Positions 36,479 through 46,393 of a stretch of DNA of 64,000 nucleotides are shown here, in pieces (the stretch's first letter is position 1; each line of letters starts with the position of its first letter). The stretch spans positions 26,940 to 90,939 of the forward strand of contig JASGFF010000001.1 in the NCBI GenBank assembly GCA_047605685.1, in the 5' to 3' direction. The notes beneath the pieces are model-generated. The model was not told where the DNA came from. It ran no database searches and worked only from the letters and a program-made list of their open reading frames with translations. Both the position numbers and the translations under genes were made by a program. The stretch is from Microbacteriaceae bacterium (lineage in GTDB: Bacteria; Actinomycetota; Actinomycetes; Actinomycetales; Microbacteriaceae).

Positions 36479-37429
36479 GTGCGGATCACAGTGCTGGCCG
36501 GGGGTGTCGGAGGTTCCCGGTTCCTTGTCGGGGTGCGCGCGATGGAGCCGGCGCCGGAGATCACCGCGATCGTGAACACCGGCGACGACGCCTGGGTCGC
36601 CGGGCTGCGCATCGCCCCCGATCTGGACACGATCATGTACCGGCTCGCCGGGGTGAACGACGAGGAGCGCGGCTGGGGCCGGGCCGGCGAGAGCGAGCGC
36701 GTGAGCGCCGAGCTGAGCGCCTGGGGGGTCGGCTGGCCGTGGTTCACGCTCGGCGACCTCGACCTCGGCGCCCACATCGCGCGCACCGCCTGGCTGCGCG
36801 AGGGTGCGAGCCTGAGCGAGGCGACCCGCCGGTTGGCATCCCGCTGGGACCTCGGCGTCGCGCTGCTGCCGGCGACCGACGACGAGCAGCAGACCTGGGT
36901 GCGGCTCGCCGACGGCGAGTCGATGCACTTCCAGGAGTGGTGGGTGCGGCTGCGCGCCGGCCGGCCCGCCATCGGCTTCGAGGCGCGCGGTGAGGCCCGG
37001 CCGGCACCCGGCGTGCTCGAGGCGATCGCGGATGCCGACGCCGTGCTGCTCGCCCCGAGCAACCCCGTCGTCTCGATCGGGGCGATCCTGCGGGTGCCGG
37101 GCATCGCCGAGGCGCTGCGCGACACCGCGGCGCCGGTCGTCGGCGTCTCCCCGATCATCGGCGGCGCGGTCGTGCGCGGCATGGCCGACGCCTGCCTCGC
37201 CGCGATCGGCGTCGAGACGGATGCCGCGGCCGTGGCGCTGCACTACGGCGCGCGCACCCGCGGCGGCGTCCTCGACGGCTGGCTCGTGGGCGAGGAGGAC
37301 GCGGCATCCGTGCCCGCGATCGAGGCCGCGGGCATCCGGGCGCGCGCGGTGCCGCTGTGGATGCGCGACGTCGAGCGCTCGCGCGCGCTCGCCGCCGCAG
37401 CCCTTGCCCTCGCCGGCGTGGCGCGCTGA
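36479..37429 (+). CDS. cofD: 2-phospho-L-lactate transferase (CofD) family protein
   Basis: GTG in frame with ORF 36293..37429. ITVLAGGVGGSRFL..IVNTGDD..DLDTIMYRLAG is typical of CofD. Confidence 0.75.
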   Translation: MRITVLAGGVGGSRFLVGVRAMEPAPEITAIVNTGDDAWVAGLRIAPDLDTIMYRLAGVNDEERGWGRAGESERVSAELSAWGVGWPWFTLGDLDLGAHIARTAWLREGASLSEATRRLASRWDLGVALLPATDDEQQTWVRLADGESMHFQEWWVRLRAGRPAIGFEARGEARPAPGVLEAIADADAVLLAPSNPVVSIGAILRVPGIAEALRDTAAPVVGVSPIIGGAVVRGMADACLAAIGVETDAAAVALHYGARTRGGVLDGWLVGEEDAASVPAIEAAGIRARAVPLWMRDVERSRALAAAALALAGVAR

Positions 37430-37465
37430 CCGCGCGGGGAGCGCAGAGTCCAGCGCCCGCGCAGC

Positions 37466-38628
<1,163 letters not shown>

Positions 38629-38632
<4 letters not shown>

Positions 38633-39306
38633 GCCGGGCTGCCCTGCCCGATGCGCAGCCCGGTGAGCCGCTCCACCTCGACGCGGGTCACCGAGCCGAA
38701 CAGCTCGCGCGCGGCGAAGCCCTCGGGGGTGACGTCGAAGACGCCGACATCCGTGTACACCCGGGTGACGCAGCGCACGCCGGTGAGCGGGTAGCTGCAC
38801 GCGGCGACGAGCTTCGGGGCGCCGTCGCGGGTGAGCAGGTCAGTCATCACGTACACGCTCTTGGCGCCGATGGCGAGGTCCATGGCGCCGCCGACGGCCG
38901 GGATCGCGCCGGGTGCGCCCGTCGACCAGTTGGCGAGGTCGCCGTGCTCGGAGACCTGGAAGGCGCCGAGCACGCAGACGTCGATGTGGCCGCCGCGCAT
39001 CATCGCGAAGGAGTCGGCGTGGTGGAAGTAGCTCGCGCCGGGCAGCTCGGTGACCGGCTCCTTGCCGGCGTTGATGAGGTCGGGGTCGATGCGCCCGGGC
39101 TCGGGGGCGCCGCCCATGCCGAGCATGCCGTTCTCGGTGTGCAGCACGATCTCGACGCCCGCGGGCAGGTGCGAGCTGACGAGCGTCGGGGCGCCGATGC
39201 CGAGGTTGACGTAGGAGCCCTCGGGGATGTCGGCGGCGATGCGCGCCGCGAGCTCGGCACGGCTGATGCCGGCGGGCCGGGGCGGCGCCGCGGTGGATGC
39301 GGACAT
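38629..39306 (-). CDS. pcaJ: 3-oxoacid CoA-transferase subunit B
   Basis: ORF 225 aa. ..LHTENGMLGMG.. with the catalytic Glu region. ATGA overlap with the thiolase. Confidence 0.8.
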
Positions 39307-39365
39307 GGGCGACCTCCTCGCTGCTTGCCCCCGAGAATAGACCCGATTACGCTATCCGTACAGTC

Positions 39366-39380
39366 GTGCGCAATGCGAAC
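39366..39380. promoter_or_regulatory. 15-bp imperfect palindrome gtgcgcaatgcgaac (candidate IclR/PcaR operator)
   Basis: 12 of 14 symmetric positions match. Located in the 139-bp divergent pcaJ/pcaI intergenic region. Confidence 0.35.
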
Positions 39381-39445
39381 ACATCGCGCGGGGCGAGCGC
39401 GGCGGCCGCCGCGCGGGCGGACCCTATCAAAGCAGGAGCGTGCCG

Positions 39446-40156
39446 ATGATCTCGAAGATCAGCCCCAGCCTCGAGGCGGCGGTCGCGGACATCCCCGACG
39501 GCGCCACCGTGATGATCGGCGGCTTCGGCCGCGCCGGCCAGCCCGTCGAGCTCATCGACGCGCTCATCGAGCAGGGCGCCACCGGGCTGACGATCGTCAA
39601 CAACAACGCCGGCAACGGCGAGGTCGGCCTCGCCCGGCTCATCGGGCTCGGCCGAGTGCGCCGGATGGTCTGCTCCTTTCCCCGGCAGGTCGACTCGCAG
39701 ATCTTCGACGCGAGGTATCGCGCCGGCGAGATCGAGCTCGAGCTCGTGCCGCAGGGCAATCTCGCCGAGCGCATCCGGGCCGCGGGGGCGGGAATCGGCG
39801 GCTTCTACACCCCGACCGGCTACGGCACCGAGCTCGCCGAGGGCAAGGAGGTGCGTGAGATCGAGGGCCGGCACTACGTGCTCGAATACCCGATCCGGGC
39901 GGACGTCGCGCTCATCCGCGCCCTCGCCGGCGATCGTTTCGGCAACCTCGTCTACCGCAAGACCAGCCGCAACTTCGGGCCGATCATGGCGGCCGCCGCC
40001 CGCACCACGATCGCCCAGGTCGACCGGGTCGTCGAGCTCGGCGAGCTCGACCCGGAGGCCGTGGTGACGCCCGGCATCTACGTGCAGCGCGTGGTGCAGG
40101 TCGCCGAGCGGCCCTGGCTGCGCGACGGCGAGTTCGTCGGCGCCGAAAGCGCCTGA
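39446..40156 (+). CDS. pcaI: 3-oxoacid CoA-transferase subunit A
   Basis: ORF 39440..40156. The ATG at 39446 follows RBS aggag. ..TVMIGGFG..G.P..LI.. and RKTSRNFGP family motifs. Confidence 0.8.
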   Translation: MISKISPSLEAAVADIPDGATVMIGGFGRAGQPVELIDALIEQGATGLTIVNNNAGNGEVGLARLIGLGRVRRMVCSFPRQVDSQIFDARYRAGEIELELVPQGNLAERIRAAGAGIGGFYTPTGYGTELAEGKEVREIEGRHYVLEYPIRADVALIRALAGDRFGNLVYRKTSRNFGPIMAAAARTTIAQVDRVVELGELDPEAVVTPGIYVQRVVQVAERPWLRDGEFVGAESA

Positions 40157-40896
40157 TGTCCGAGCACGTGCAGTCCCTCGAGCGGGGGCTGGCCGTCATC
40201 CGCTCCTTCCACGCGGAGGCGCCCAGCCGGACCCTCAGCGAGGTGGCCCGGGCCACGGGCCTCAACCGAGCGACGGCGCGACGCTTCCTGCTCACCCTCG
40301 CCGGGCTCGGCTACGTGCGCTCGGACGGGCGCGACTTCGCGCTCACGCCCCGAGTGCTCGAGCTCGGCTACGCCTACCTCTCCGGCCTCGGCCTGCCCGA
40401 GATCGCGCAACCGCACCTCGAGGCGCTCTCGCACGAGGTGGGCGAGTCGGCGTCGGCATCCGTGCTCGACGGGGCCGACATCGTCTACGTCGCGCGCGTG
40501 CCGGTGCGCCGCATCATGAGCGTGCGCCTCACCGTCGGCACCCGGCTGCCGGCCGCGGCCACCTCGATGGGGCGCGTGCTGCTCGCGGCGCTGCCGGACG
40601 CCGAGCGGGATGCCGTGATCGCGCGGCTTCCCGAGACGCCCGCCGCCGCCCGCCGCCTCGTCGCGGCCGTGCGCGAGGCCCGCGAGCAGGGCTGGGCGCT
40701 CGTCGACCAGGAGCTCGAGCCCGGGCTGTGCTCCATCGCGGTCCCGCTGCACGCCGAGGGCCGGGTGGTCGCGGCCATCAACGTCGCGGTCGCCGCCAGC
40801 TCCGACGCCGCCGAGCGGCTGCGCTCCGTCGTGCTGCCCGCGCTGCGCACCGCCGCGGCCCGCATCGAGGACGACATCGCGCACGTCGGCGGCTGA
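40156..40896 (+). CDS. pcaR: IclR-family transcriptional regulator (PcaR-like)
   Basis: ORF 246 aa. HVQSLERGLAVIRSF..LSEVARATGLNRATARRFL HTH plus an IclR effector domain. The start overlaps the pcaI stop. Confidence 0.8.
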   Translation: MSEHVQSLERGLAVIRSFHAEAPSRTLSEVARATGLNRATARRFLLTLAGLGYVRSDGRDFALTPRVLELGYAYLSGLGLPEIAQPHLEALSHEVGESASASVLDGADIVYVARVPVRRIMSVRLTVGTRLPAAATSMGRVLLAALPDAERDAVIARLPETPAAARRLVAAVREAREQGWALVDQELEPGLCSIAVPLHAEGRVVAAINVAVAASSDAAERLRSVVLPALRTAAARIEDDIAHVGG

Positions 40897-40909
40897 GCCG
40901 GGCTGGACG

Positions 40910-40947
40910 CCCGTCGGGGAGGCCGCCATGGCAGCCTCCCCGACGGG
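40910..40947. terminator. bidirectional GC hairpin between convergent genes (14-bp arms cccgtcggggaggc / gcctccccgacggg)
   Basis: Perfect 14-bp inverted repeat with a 10-nt, partly self-pairing loop. Confidence 0.6.
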
Positions 40948-40956
40948 TGCGCGGGG

Positions 40957-42264
40957 TCAGCCCGCGGCGTCGATCTCGCCTTGGAGCTCGCTGATGAACG
41001 CGTCCGCCGCGTCCAATGGCTCGCTCTGGCCGGCGAAGACCTCCTGTGTGTACCGCTCGAGGATGTCCTCGATGGTGGAGGCGCCGTTGGGGGTCGGCGC
41101 CGGGGTGTCACCCGGGGTGATGCTGTCCAGGTAGGCGATCGCGGCCTGGTCCGTCTCGGTCAGGCTCGAGGTGATCGCCTCACGGATCTCGTTGTTGGCG
41201 GGCACGCCGCGCTCGGTCCCGAGGATCGCACCGGCCTCGTCGCTGTTGAGCATGAAGTCCACGAACGCGGCGGCCTCGGCCGGGTGCTCGCTCTGGGACG
41301 AGATGGACCAGTACATCGACGGCTTGTAGAAGTAGGGGTTGACGTCGTCCGGCTCCGGCAGCTTCAGCAGCACGAAGTCGTCGCCGCTCGCGGCCTGGAT
41401 CGCCGTGATCTGCGTGTTCCACAGGGTGCCCATCGCCACGGCGTTGGTCGCCAGCGCTCCGGCGCCGATACCCGCGTTCTGGCTCTCGGTGATCTCCGCC
41501 GCCGACTGCATGCCGCCCGAGGACTGCAGGTCGAGCTCGAACTGCCACATGTCGGCCAGCGCCTGCGGGTCCAGCGCCACCGATCCGTCGTCATCGAACA
41601 GCTCGCCGCCCTCCGAGCGCGCCCAGTACTTGACGCTCCCGGTCTCGAAGCCGCCGATCTGCGCCGATCCGGTGATCGCGCCGTCGCTGGCCTCGGTCAG
41701 CTCGTCGGCGAGCGCCGCGTAGTCGTCCCAGCTCCAGGTGTCGTCGTCCGGCAGATCGACGCCGTACTGGTCGAACAACGTCTTGTTCGCGATGATCGCG
41801 TACACGGTCACGCCGATCGGGATCGCGTACTGGGTGTCGTCGACCTTGCCGAGGTCGACCGTCGACTCGTCGAAGTTGGAGGTGTCGATGCTGAGGTCGC
41901 TGAGGTCGTACAGGGATCCGCGGCTGGCGTAGGAGGAGAGATAGGTCTCGTCCATCTGGACGACGTCAGGCATGTCGCCGGCGGCGGTCTCGGTGGCCAG
42001 CTGGTCCCAGTAACCGGTCCAGTCGGTGTACTGCGGCTCGACGGTGATGTTCGGGTACTCCTTCTCGAACGCGTCGATCGCCTCCTGGGTCAGCTGCACG
42101 CGCGTGTCGCCGCCCCAGAACGTGGCGGTGATGGTGACCGGGTCGGTGCTCAGCGCGGTCACCGACGAGCTGCTCGAGCCGGAGCAGCCCGCCAGCACGG
42201 CGGCCCCGCCCAGCGCCATGGCGACGGCCGCTACCGCGCGCCGCTGGTTCTTGCCTGTGATCAT
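40957..42264 (-). CDS. carbohydrate ABC transporter substrate-binding lipoprotein
   Basis: C-terminal 435 codons of ORF 40957..43098. Signal/lipobox ..GGAAVLAGCSG. Acidic SBP family 1 features. Confidence 0.85.
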   Translation of the reverse strand: MITGKNQRRAVAAVAMALGGAAVLAGCSGSSSSSVTALSTDPVTITATFWGGDTRVQLTQEAIDAFEKEYPNITVEPQYTDWTGYWDQLATETAAGDMPDVVQMDETYLSSYASRGSLYDLSDLSIDTSNFDESTVDLGKVDDTQYAIPIGVTVYAIIANKTLFDQYGVDLPDDDTWSWDDYAALADELTEASDGAITGSAQIGGFETGSVKYWARSEGGELFDDDGSVALDPQALADMWQFELDLQSSGGMQSAAEITESQNAGIGAGALATNAVAMGTLWNTQITAIQAASGDDFVLLKLPEPDDVNPYFYKPSMYWSISSQSEHPAEAAAFVDFMLNSDEAGAILGTERGVPANNEIREAITSSLTETDQAAIAYLDSITPGDTPAPTPNGASTIEDILERYTQEVFAGQSEPLDAADAFISELQGEIDAAG

Positions 42265-42344
42265 GTGTGTCTCTCCTATGAGATCAGCGATGTGATTGAT
42301 GCGGATACGGGGCAGAGGCCCCGGGGTCCGGCGACGACGCCGGC

Positions 42345-43247
42345 TTACTTTCCTCCCGTGGTGGCGATTCCCTTGACGAGGAACCGCTGGCCGAAGAGGA
42401 AGATCAGGAAGACCGGGATCAACGAGACGACGCTCATGGCGAACACCGCGCCCCAGTTGGTGACGCCCTGCGAGTCGACGAACGCGCGGAGCGCGAGCGG
42501 AGTGGTGTACATCTCGGGCTTGGTCAGGTAGATCAGCTGCGAGAAGAAGTCGTTCCACGTCCAGATGAAGGTGAAGATCACCGTCGTGCCGAGCGCGGGG
42601 ACCATCAGCGGCAGCATGATCTGCGTGAAGATCCGCAGATGGCCGGCCCCGTCGATCCGTGCCGCCTCGTCGAGCTCGCGCGGGATGCCGCGGATGAACT
42701 GCACCATCAGGAAGACGAAGAACGCGTCGGTCGCGAACAGCTTGGGCAGGATCAGCGGCCAGAACGTGTTCACCAGGTTCACCTGCGAGAACATGATGTA
42801 CTGCGGGACGATGATCACGTGGATGGGGACCATGATCGTGACCAGCATGATCGCGAACCACCACCGCTTGCCTCGGAAGTCGAGCCGGGCGAAGGCGTAG
42901 GCCGCGAGCGAGCAGGCCACGAGGTTGCCCGTGATCGCCCCGACCACCACGATCATCGAGTTGATCAGGTAGTGGCCGAAGGGCTGGGTCAGAGCCGACC
43001 AGCCGTCGATGTAGTTCGAGATCTCGAAGTTCTTCAGCAGCAGGCTCGGGTTCCCGAAGATCCCGTCGTTGGGTCGCAGCGAGCTGACCACCATCCACAG
43101 GACGGGGTAGAGCATCAGCAGCGCGCCCAGGATGAGCACGACGTGCTTGACCAAGGCGCGCGCCGACTGCAGCACCTGCCGACGCCGGGCCGGGGTGCGG
43201 GTCACGGCCTGCTTCGGGACGGACAGGATGGTGGATGTCTTAGTCAT
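42345..43247 (-). CDS. carbohydrate ABC transporter permease (MalG-like)
   Basis: ORF 300 aa. EAARIDGAGHLRIF EAA loop. Confidence 0.9.
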   Translation of the reverse strand: MTKTSTILSVPKQAVTRTPARRRQVLQSARALVKHVVLILGALLMLYPVLWMVVSSLRPNDGIFGNPSLLLKNFEISNYIDGWSALTQPFGHYLINSMIVVVGAITGNLVACSLAAYAFARLDFRGKRWWFAIMLVTIMVPIHVIIVPQYIMFSQVNLVNTFWPLILPKLFATDAFFVFLMVQFIRGIPRELDEAARIDGAGHLRIFTQIMLPLMVPALGTTVIFTFIWTWNDFFSQLIYLTKPEMYTTPLALRAFVDSQGVTNWGAVFAMSVVSLIPVFLIFLFGQRFLVKGIATTGGK

Positions 43248-44169
43248 CGTAGAAAACCCAGTACTTCGAGAGCCAGAAATTGAGAGCGGTGAACGCGCCG
43301 ATGACCAGCACCAACAGCCATGCCAACGCCGACGCGTACCCCATGTCGAATGAGCCGAACGCTCGTTGATACAGGTAGAGCGAGAACACCAGCGTCGAGT
43401 CCGCCGGCCCGCCCGTCCCGCCCGAGACCACGAACGCCTGCGTGAACGACTGGAACGCGTGGATGATCTGCAGCACCAGGTTGAAGAAGATGATCGGGCT
43501 CAAAAGCGGCATCGTGATGCTCCGGAACTGCCGCCACCGACTCGCCCCATCTACCTGCGCGGCCTCGTAATACGACGTCGGGATCTGCCGCAGACCGGCC
43601 AGGAAGATCACCATCGGTGAGCCGAACGTCCACACGTTCAGCAGGATCAGGGTTGCCAACGCGGTATCAGGACTGGAGATCCAGCCCTGCCCCTGGATCC
43701 CGAAGAACGCGAGAGCATCGTTGACCAGGCCGCCCGTGCCGAACACCGTGCGCCACAGCACCGCGATCGCGACCGAGCCGCCGAGCAGCGACGGCAGATA
43801 GAACACCGACCGGTAGAACGACAGTCCGCGCACTCCCCGGTCCAGGAACACCGCGAGCGCGAGTGCGAGCGCCAGTTGGAGCGGGACCGAGATGATCACG
43901 TAGAGGAACGTGTTGATCAACGATCGCAGCAGACGCTCATCGCCGAACATCCGCACGATGTTGTCCAGTCCGTTGAACACCGGCGCCTGCAACAGGTTGT
44001 ACTTCGTGAAGGCCAGCACCAACGACGCCAGCATCGGCCCGGCCGTGATCAGCACCAGGCCGATGAACCAAGGGGTCAGGAACCAGGCCGCGGCGCGGTT
44101 ATCCCGCTTGCTGCCTTTGCCGCCCTTCTCGAGCTTTCGAAGCTCTGCAAGCGCGCTCATACGGTGCAC
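43240..44169 (-). CDS. carbohydrate ABC transporter permease (MalF-like)
   Basis: ORF 309 aa, polytopic, EAAQVDGASRWRQF. Confidence 0.9.
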   Translation of the reverse strand: MHRMSALAELRKLEKGGKGSKRDNRAAAWFLTPWFIGLVLITAGPMLASLVLAFTKYNLLQAPVFNGLDNIVRMFGDERLLRSLINTFLYVIISVPLQLALALALAVFLDRGVRGLSFYRSVFYLPSLLGGSVAIAVLWRTVFGTGGLVNDALAFFGIQGQGWISSPDTALATLILLNVWTFGSPMVIFLAGLRQIPTSYYEAAQVDGASRWRQFRSITMPLLSPIIFFNLVLQIIHAFQSFTQAFVVSGGTGGPADSTLVFSLYLYQRAFGSFDMGYASALAWLLVLVIGAFTALNFWLSKYWVFYDD

Positions 44170-44249
44170 CGGCTCCGGCTCACGACTGGCGACGACTTAC
44201 GCGCACAGTTCCCTGTTCCCGCGACCACGATGCTCCTTCGAATCAAAAA

Positions 44250-44261
44250 GTGTTCGTTCAC
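44250..44261. promoter_or_regulatory. weak copy of the GTGAWCGWTCAC operator (gtgttcgttcac)
   Basis: Right half-site perfect, left half has 2 mismatches. 81 nt upstream of the ABC operon start. Confidence 0.4.
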
Positions 44262-44282
44262 TATTTGGCTTTCCTCAAGATA

Positions 44283-44294
44283 GTGAACGATCAC
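44283..44294. promoter_or_regulatory. operator copy gtgaacgatcac
   Basis: Near-palindrome with a central CG and AT-rich flanks. 114 nt upstream of the ABC permease start at 44169. Confidence 0.6.
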
Positions 44295-44774
44295 GAATCA
44301 TGTCAAGATCGACCTGCGGGCGACCTGCGGCATCCGCGGGCCGGGCGAATCACGTCGGCGCGACGAGGTGCCGGAACCATCCCGACGACGATCGCCCGAG
44401 CTCCGCGGCGGCGCATCGCGCGCAGACCGTCCTGCGCGCTCATCGGCTCCGCCTGGAGGTCGGATCGTTCGCCGTCATCGATTGCCCTTCGCCGTCGGAG
44501 TGCGCCCCGCGACGCGTCCGAAAGTCCGCCGCAGAGCCGATCGAATCGCCACTCTACGACACTCCGGCCGAAAAGTGTAAGCGCTTTCCCAAATTTGTCG
44601 GCGCTTTCATTTCCTAGGCGCGCGCGGACCGCCGCGCGGGCCGCCCCAGGCGTCGCGGGACCCGCCGACGCGGGCACGGCACACGCCCTTCCCCACACGG
44701 ACGCCGTCGGCTGCGCCCCCTCGGCACGGTGACGGCGCCCGCCTCCGGAGTCGATCCGATCGCGACCGGCGTCG

Positions 44775-46190
44775 CTATGCGCTGCGGGGCGCGGGCCGCT
44801 CGCACCGGCCGACCAGGGATCTCACCCGGGCGCTGAAACCGGCGTCATCCGCGAGCCGGGAGTCGATCGTGCGCAGCATCGCCGCGACCGGGTCCCTCTC
44901 CGCCAGCGCCCCCGCGATCTCCGTGCCGCGGCTGTCCTCGCCCGCCACCCCGCGGCGCACCGCCGCGATCCAGGCGGCGATCACGAGGGCCGCGCCCTCG
45001 GCGGCACGGCCCGCACGACGCTCCGCCCGTGCGACCGGACCGATGCGCAGCGACAGCTTCGTCAGCGCGTCCGAGGCGATCTGCTCCAGCCGGTGCTCGA
45101 TGCGCGGGTTCGCGAACCGTTCCCGAAGGGCGGCGCGATACGCATCGACCCCCAGGCCGTCGGGCAGCTGCCGCTCCGCCTCGTCCCACCAGCGCTCGAC
45201 GGCTCGAGCGCATTCGGGGTCGGCCATCGCGTACGCCACCGTGTCGTGCCCACGGAGGCGGCCGAGCGCGGCGAGCAGCGTGTGGGCGCCGTTGAGCAGC
45301 CAGAGCTTGCGGGCCTCGTACGGCTCGATCTCGTCGACGAAGCGCGCTCCGGCCGATTCCCAGTCGGGACGCCCGGCCGGGAAGGCGCCCGAGAGCGTCC
45401 AGTCAGCGAACGGCTCCGCCGCCACCGGCACGGCATCCCGCCAGCCGGTGGCGGCGGCCACCTCCGCGGCGAGCTCGGCGTCGACGCGCGGCGTGATGCG
45501 GTCCACCGACGTCGAGACGAAGGACGCCGACGAGGTGATCCAGTCGACCAGGCCAGGCTCGACCTCGGCGGCCAGACGGGCGAGCGCCCGCCGCAGCGCG
45601 CCGCCGTTGTCCGGGAAGTTGTCGCAGGGCACGATCGCGAGCGGCCCCGCCCCGAGCCTGCGCCGCTCACGCAGTGCGGCGACGAGCCGCCCCGGCGTCG
45701 TCTCGCAGTGTCCGGCGGCGGCACCGCGCAGGCGCGCCAGGTCGGCGGCGATGCCCGGATGGGCCAGGTCGAGGGCGCCGCTCGGATCGAGGCAGTACCC
45801 CGCCTCGGTGACCGTCAGCGTCACGACGGCCGTGCGCGCGGCGGCGATGCCGGCGACGAGCGCCTCGACCTCGGTGCCGGCGTGGGCCGCGACGACGCTG
45901 TCGACGATCTCGAACCGGTCCCCGGCGAGCCCGCGCTCCACGAGCGTGAACAGTCCGTCCTGGGCGGCCAGGCGATGCGCCAGCTCCGCGCCGCGCCCGG
46001 CGAACGCGGCGATGCCCCACTCCCGGGCGTCGGCGGCGCGCGCCGTGTACCAGGCCTGGTGCGCGCGGTGGAAGGCGCCGAGCCCGATGTGCACGATCCG
46101 TGCCGGCGGCCGCCCGTCGGCGACTCCCCGGGATCGCGCGAGGGCCTGGCGCGACAGCTGCCGCGCGGTCACGGCCTGAACGCCCGACAC
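44775..46190 (-). CDS. mannitol dehydrogenase family oxidoreductase (mannitol 2-dehydrogenase / D-mannonate (fructuronate) / tagaturonate reductase family)
   Basis: ORF 471 aa. IVHIGLGAFHRAHQAWY N-terminal motif and a VDRITP segment. Confidence 0.85.
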   Translation of the reverse strand: MSGVQAVTARQLSRQALARSRGVADGRPPARIVHIGLGAFHRAHQAWYTARAADAREWGIAAFAGRGAELAHRLAAQDGLFTLVERGLAGDRFEIVDSVVAAHAGTEVEALVAGIAAARTAVVTLTVTEAGYCLDPSGALDLAHPGIAADLARLRGAAAGHCETTPGRLVAALRERRRLGAGPLAIVPCDNFPDNGGALRRALARLAAEVEPGLVDWITSSASFVSTSVDRITPRVDAELAAEVAAATGWRDAVPVAAEPFADWTLSGAFPAGRPDWESAGARFVDEIEPYEARKLWLLNGAHTLLAALGRLRGHDTVAYAMADPECARAVERWWDEAERQLPDGLGVDAYRAALRERFANPRIEHRLEQIASDALTKLSLRIGPVARAERRAGRAAEGAALVIAAWIAAVRRGVAGEDSRGTEIAGALAERDPVAAMLRTIDSRLADDAGFSARVRSLVGRCERPAPRSA

Positions 46191-46336
46191 GCGATGGCGT
46201 CCACCAGGCGGGAGCCGGGCTCGAGGCCGAACCGTTCCGACAGCGGGATGTCGCAGCCGGTGTCCGGGCCGTTCGGGAGGCGGCAGAACAGCGCTCTCGC
46301 GTCACTCGCGTCGTGTGCCGCCATGGTCCCTTGCAT
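46169..46336 (-). CDS. candidate small ORF (51-55 aa) preceding and overlapping the dehydrogenase gene
   Basis: Below the ORF-track length cut-off. My translation is (MQGT)MAAHDASDARALFCRLPNGPDTGCDIPLSERFGLEPGSRLVDAIACRAFRP. Third-position G+C is about 90% versus about 59% at second positions. The operator lies 18 nt upstream. No recognisable family. Confidence 0.3.
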   Translation of the reverse strand: MQGTMAAHDASDARALFCRLPNGPDTGCDIPLSERFGLEPGSRLVDAIACRAFRP

Positions 46337-46353
46337 CGGATGGGCAAATAGTA

Positions 46354-46365
46354 GTGATCGTTCAC
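46354..46365. promoter_or_regulatory. operator copy gtgatcgttcac in the divergent dehydrogenase/LacI promoter region
   Basis: Same 12-mer as at 54777, with AT-rich flanks. Confidence 0.65.
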
Positions 46366-46393
46366 GATAACTACTGCCCGGCTACAGTAATCA

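Noticed and set aside
44250-44732. 160-aa plus-strand ORF in the long spacer
   Set aside because: It starts inside the operator sequence, its composition is Arg/Ser/Pro/Ala-rich, and it has no motifs. It is probably not coding.
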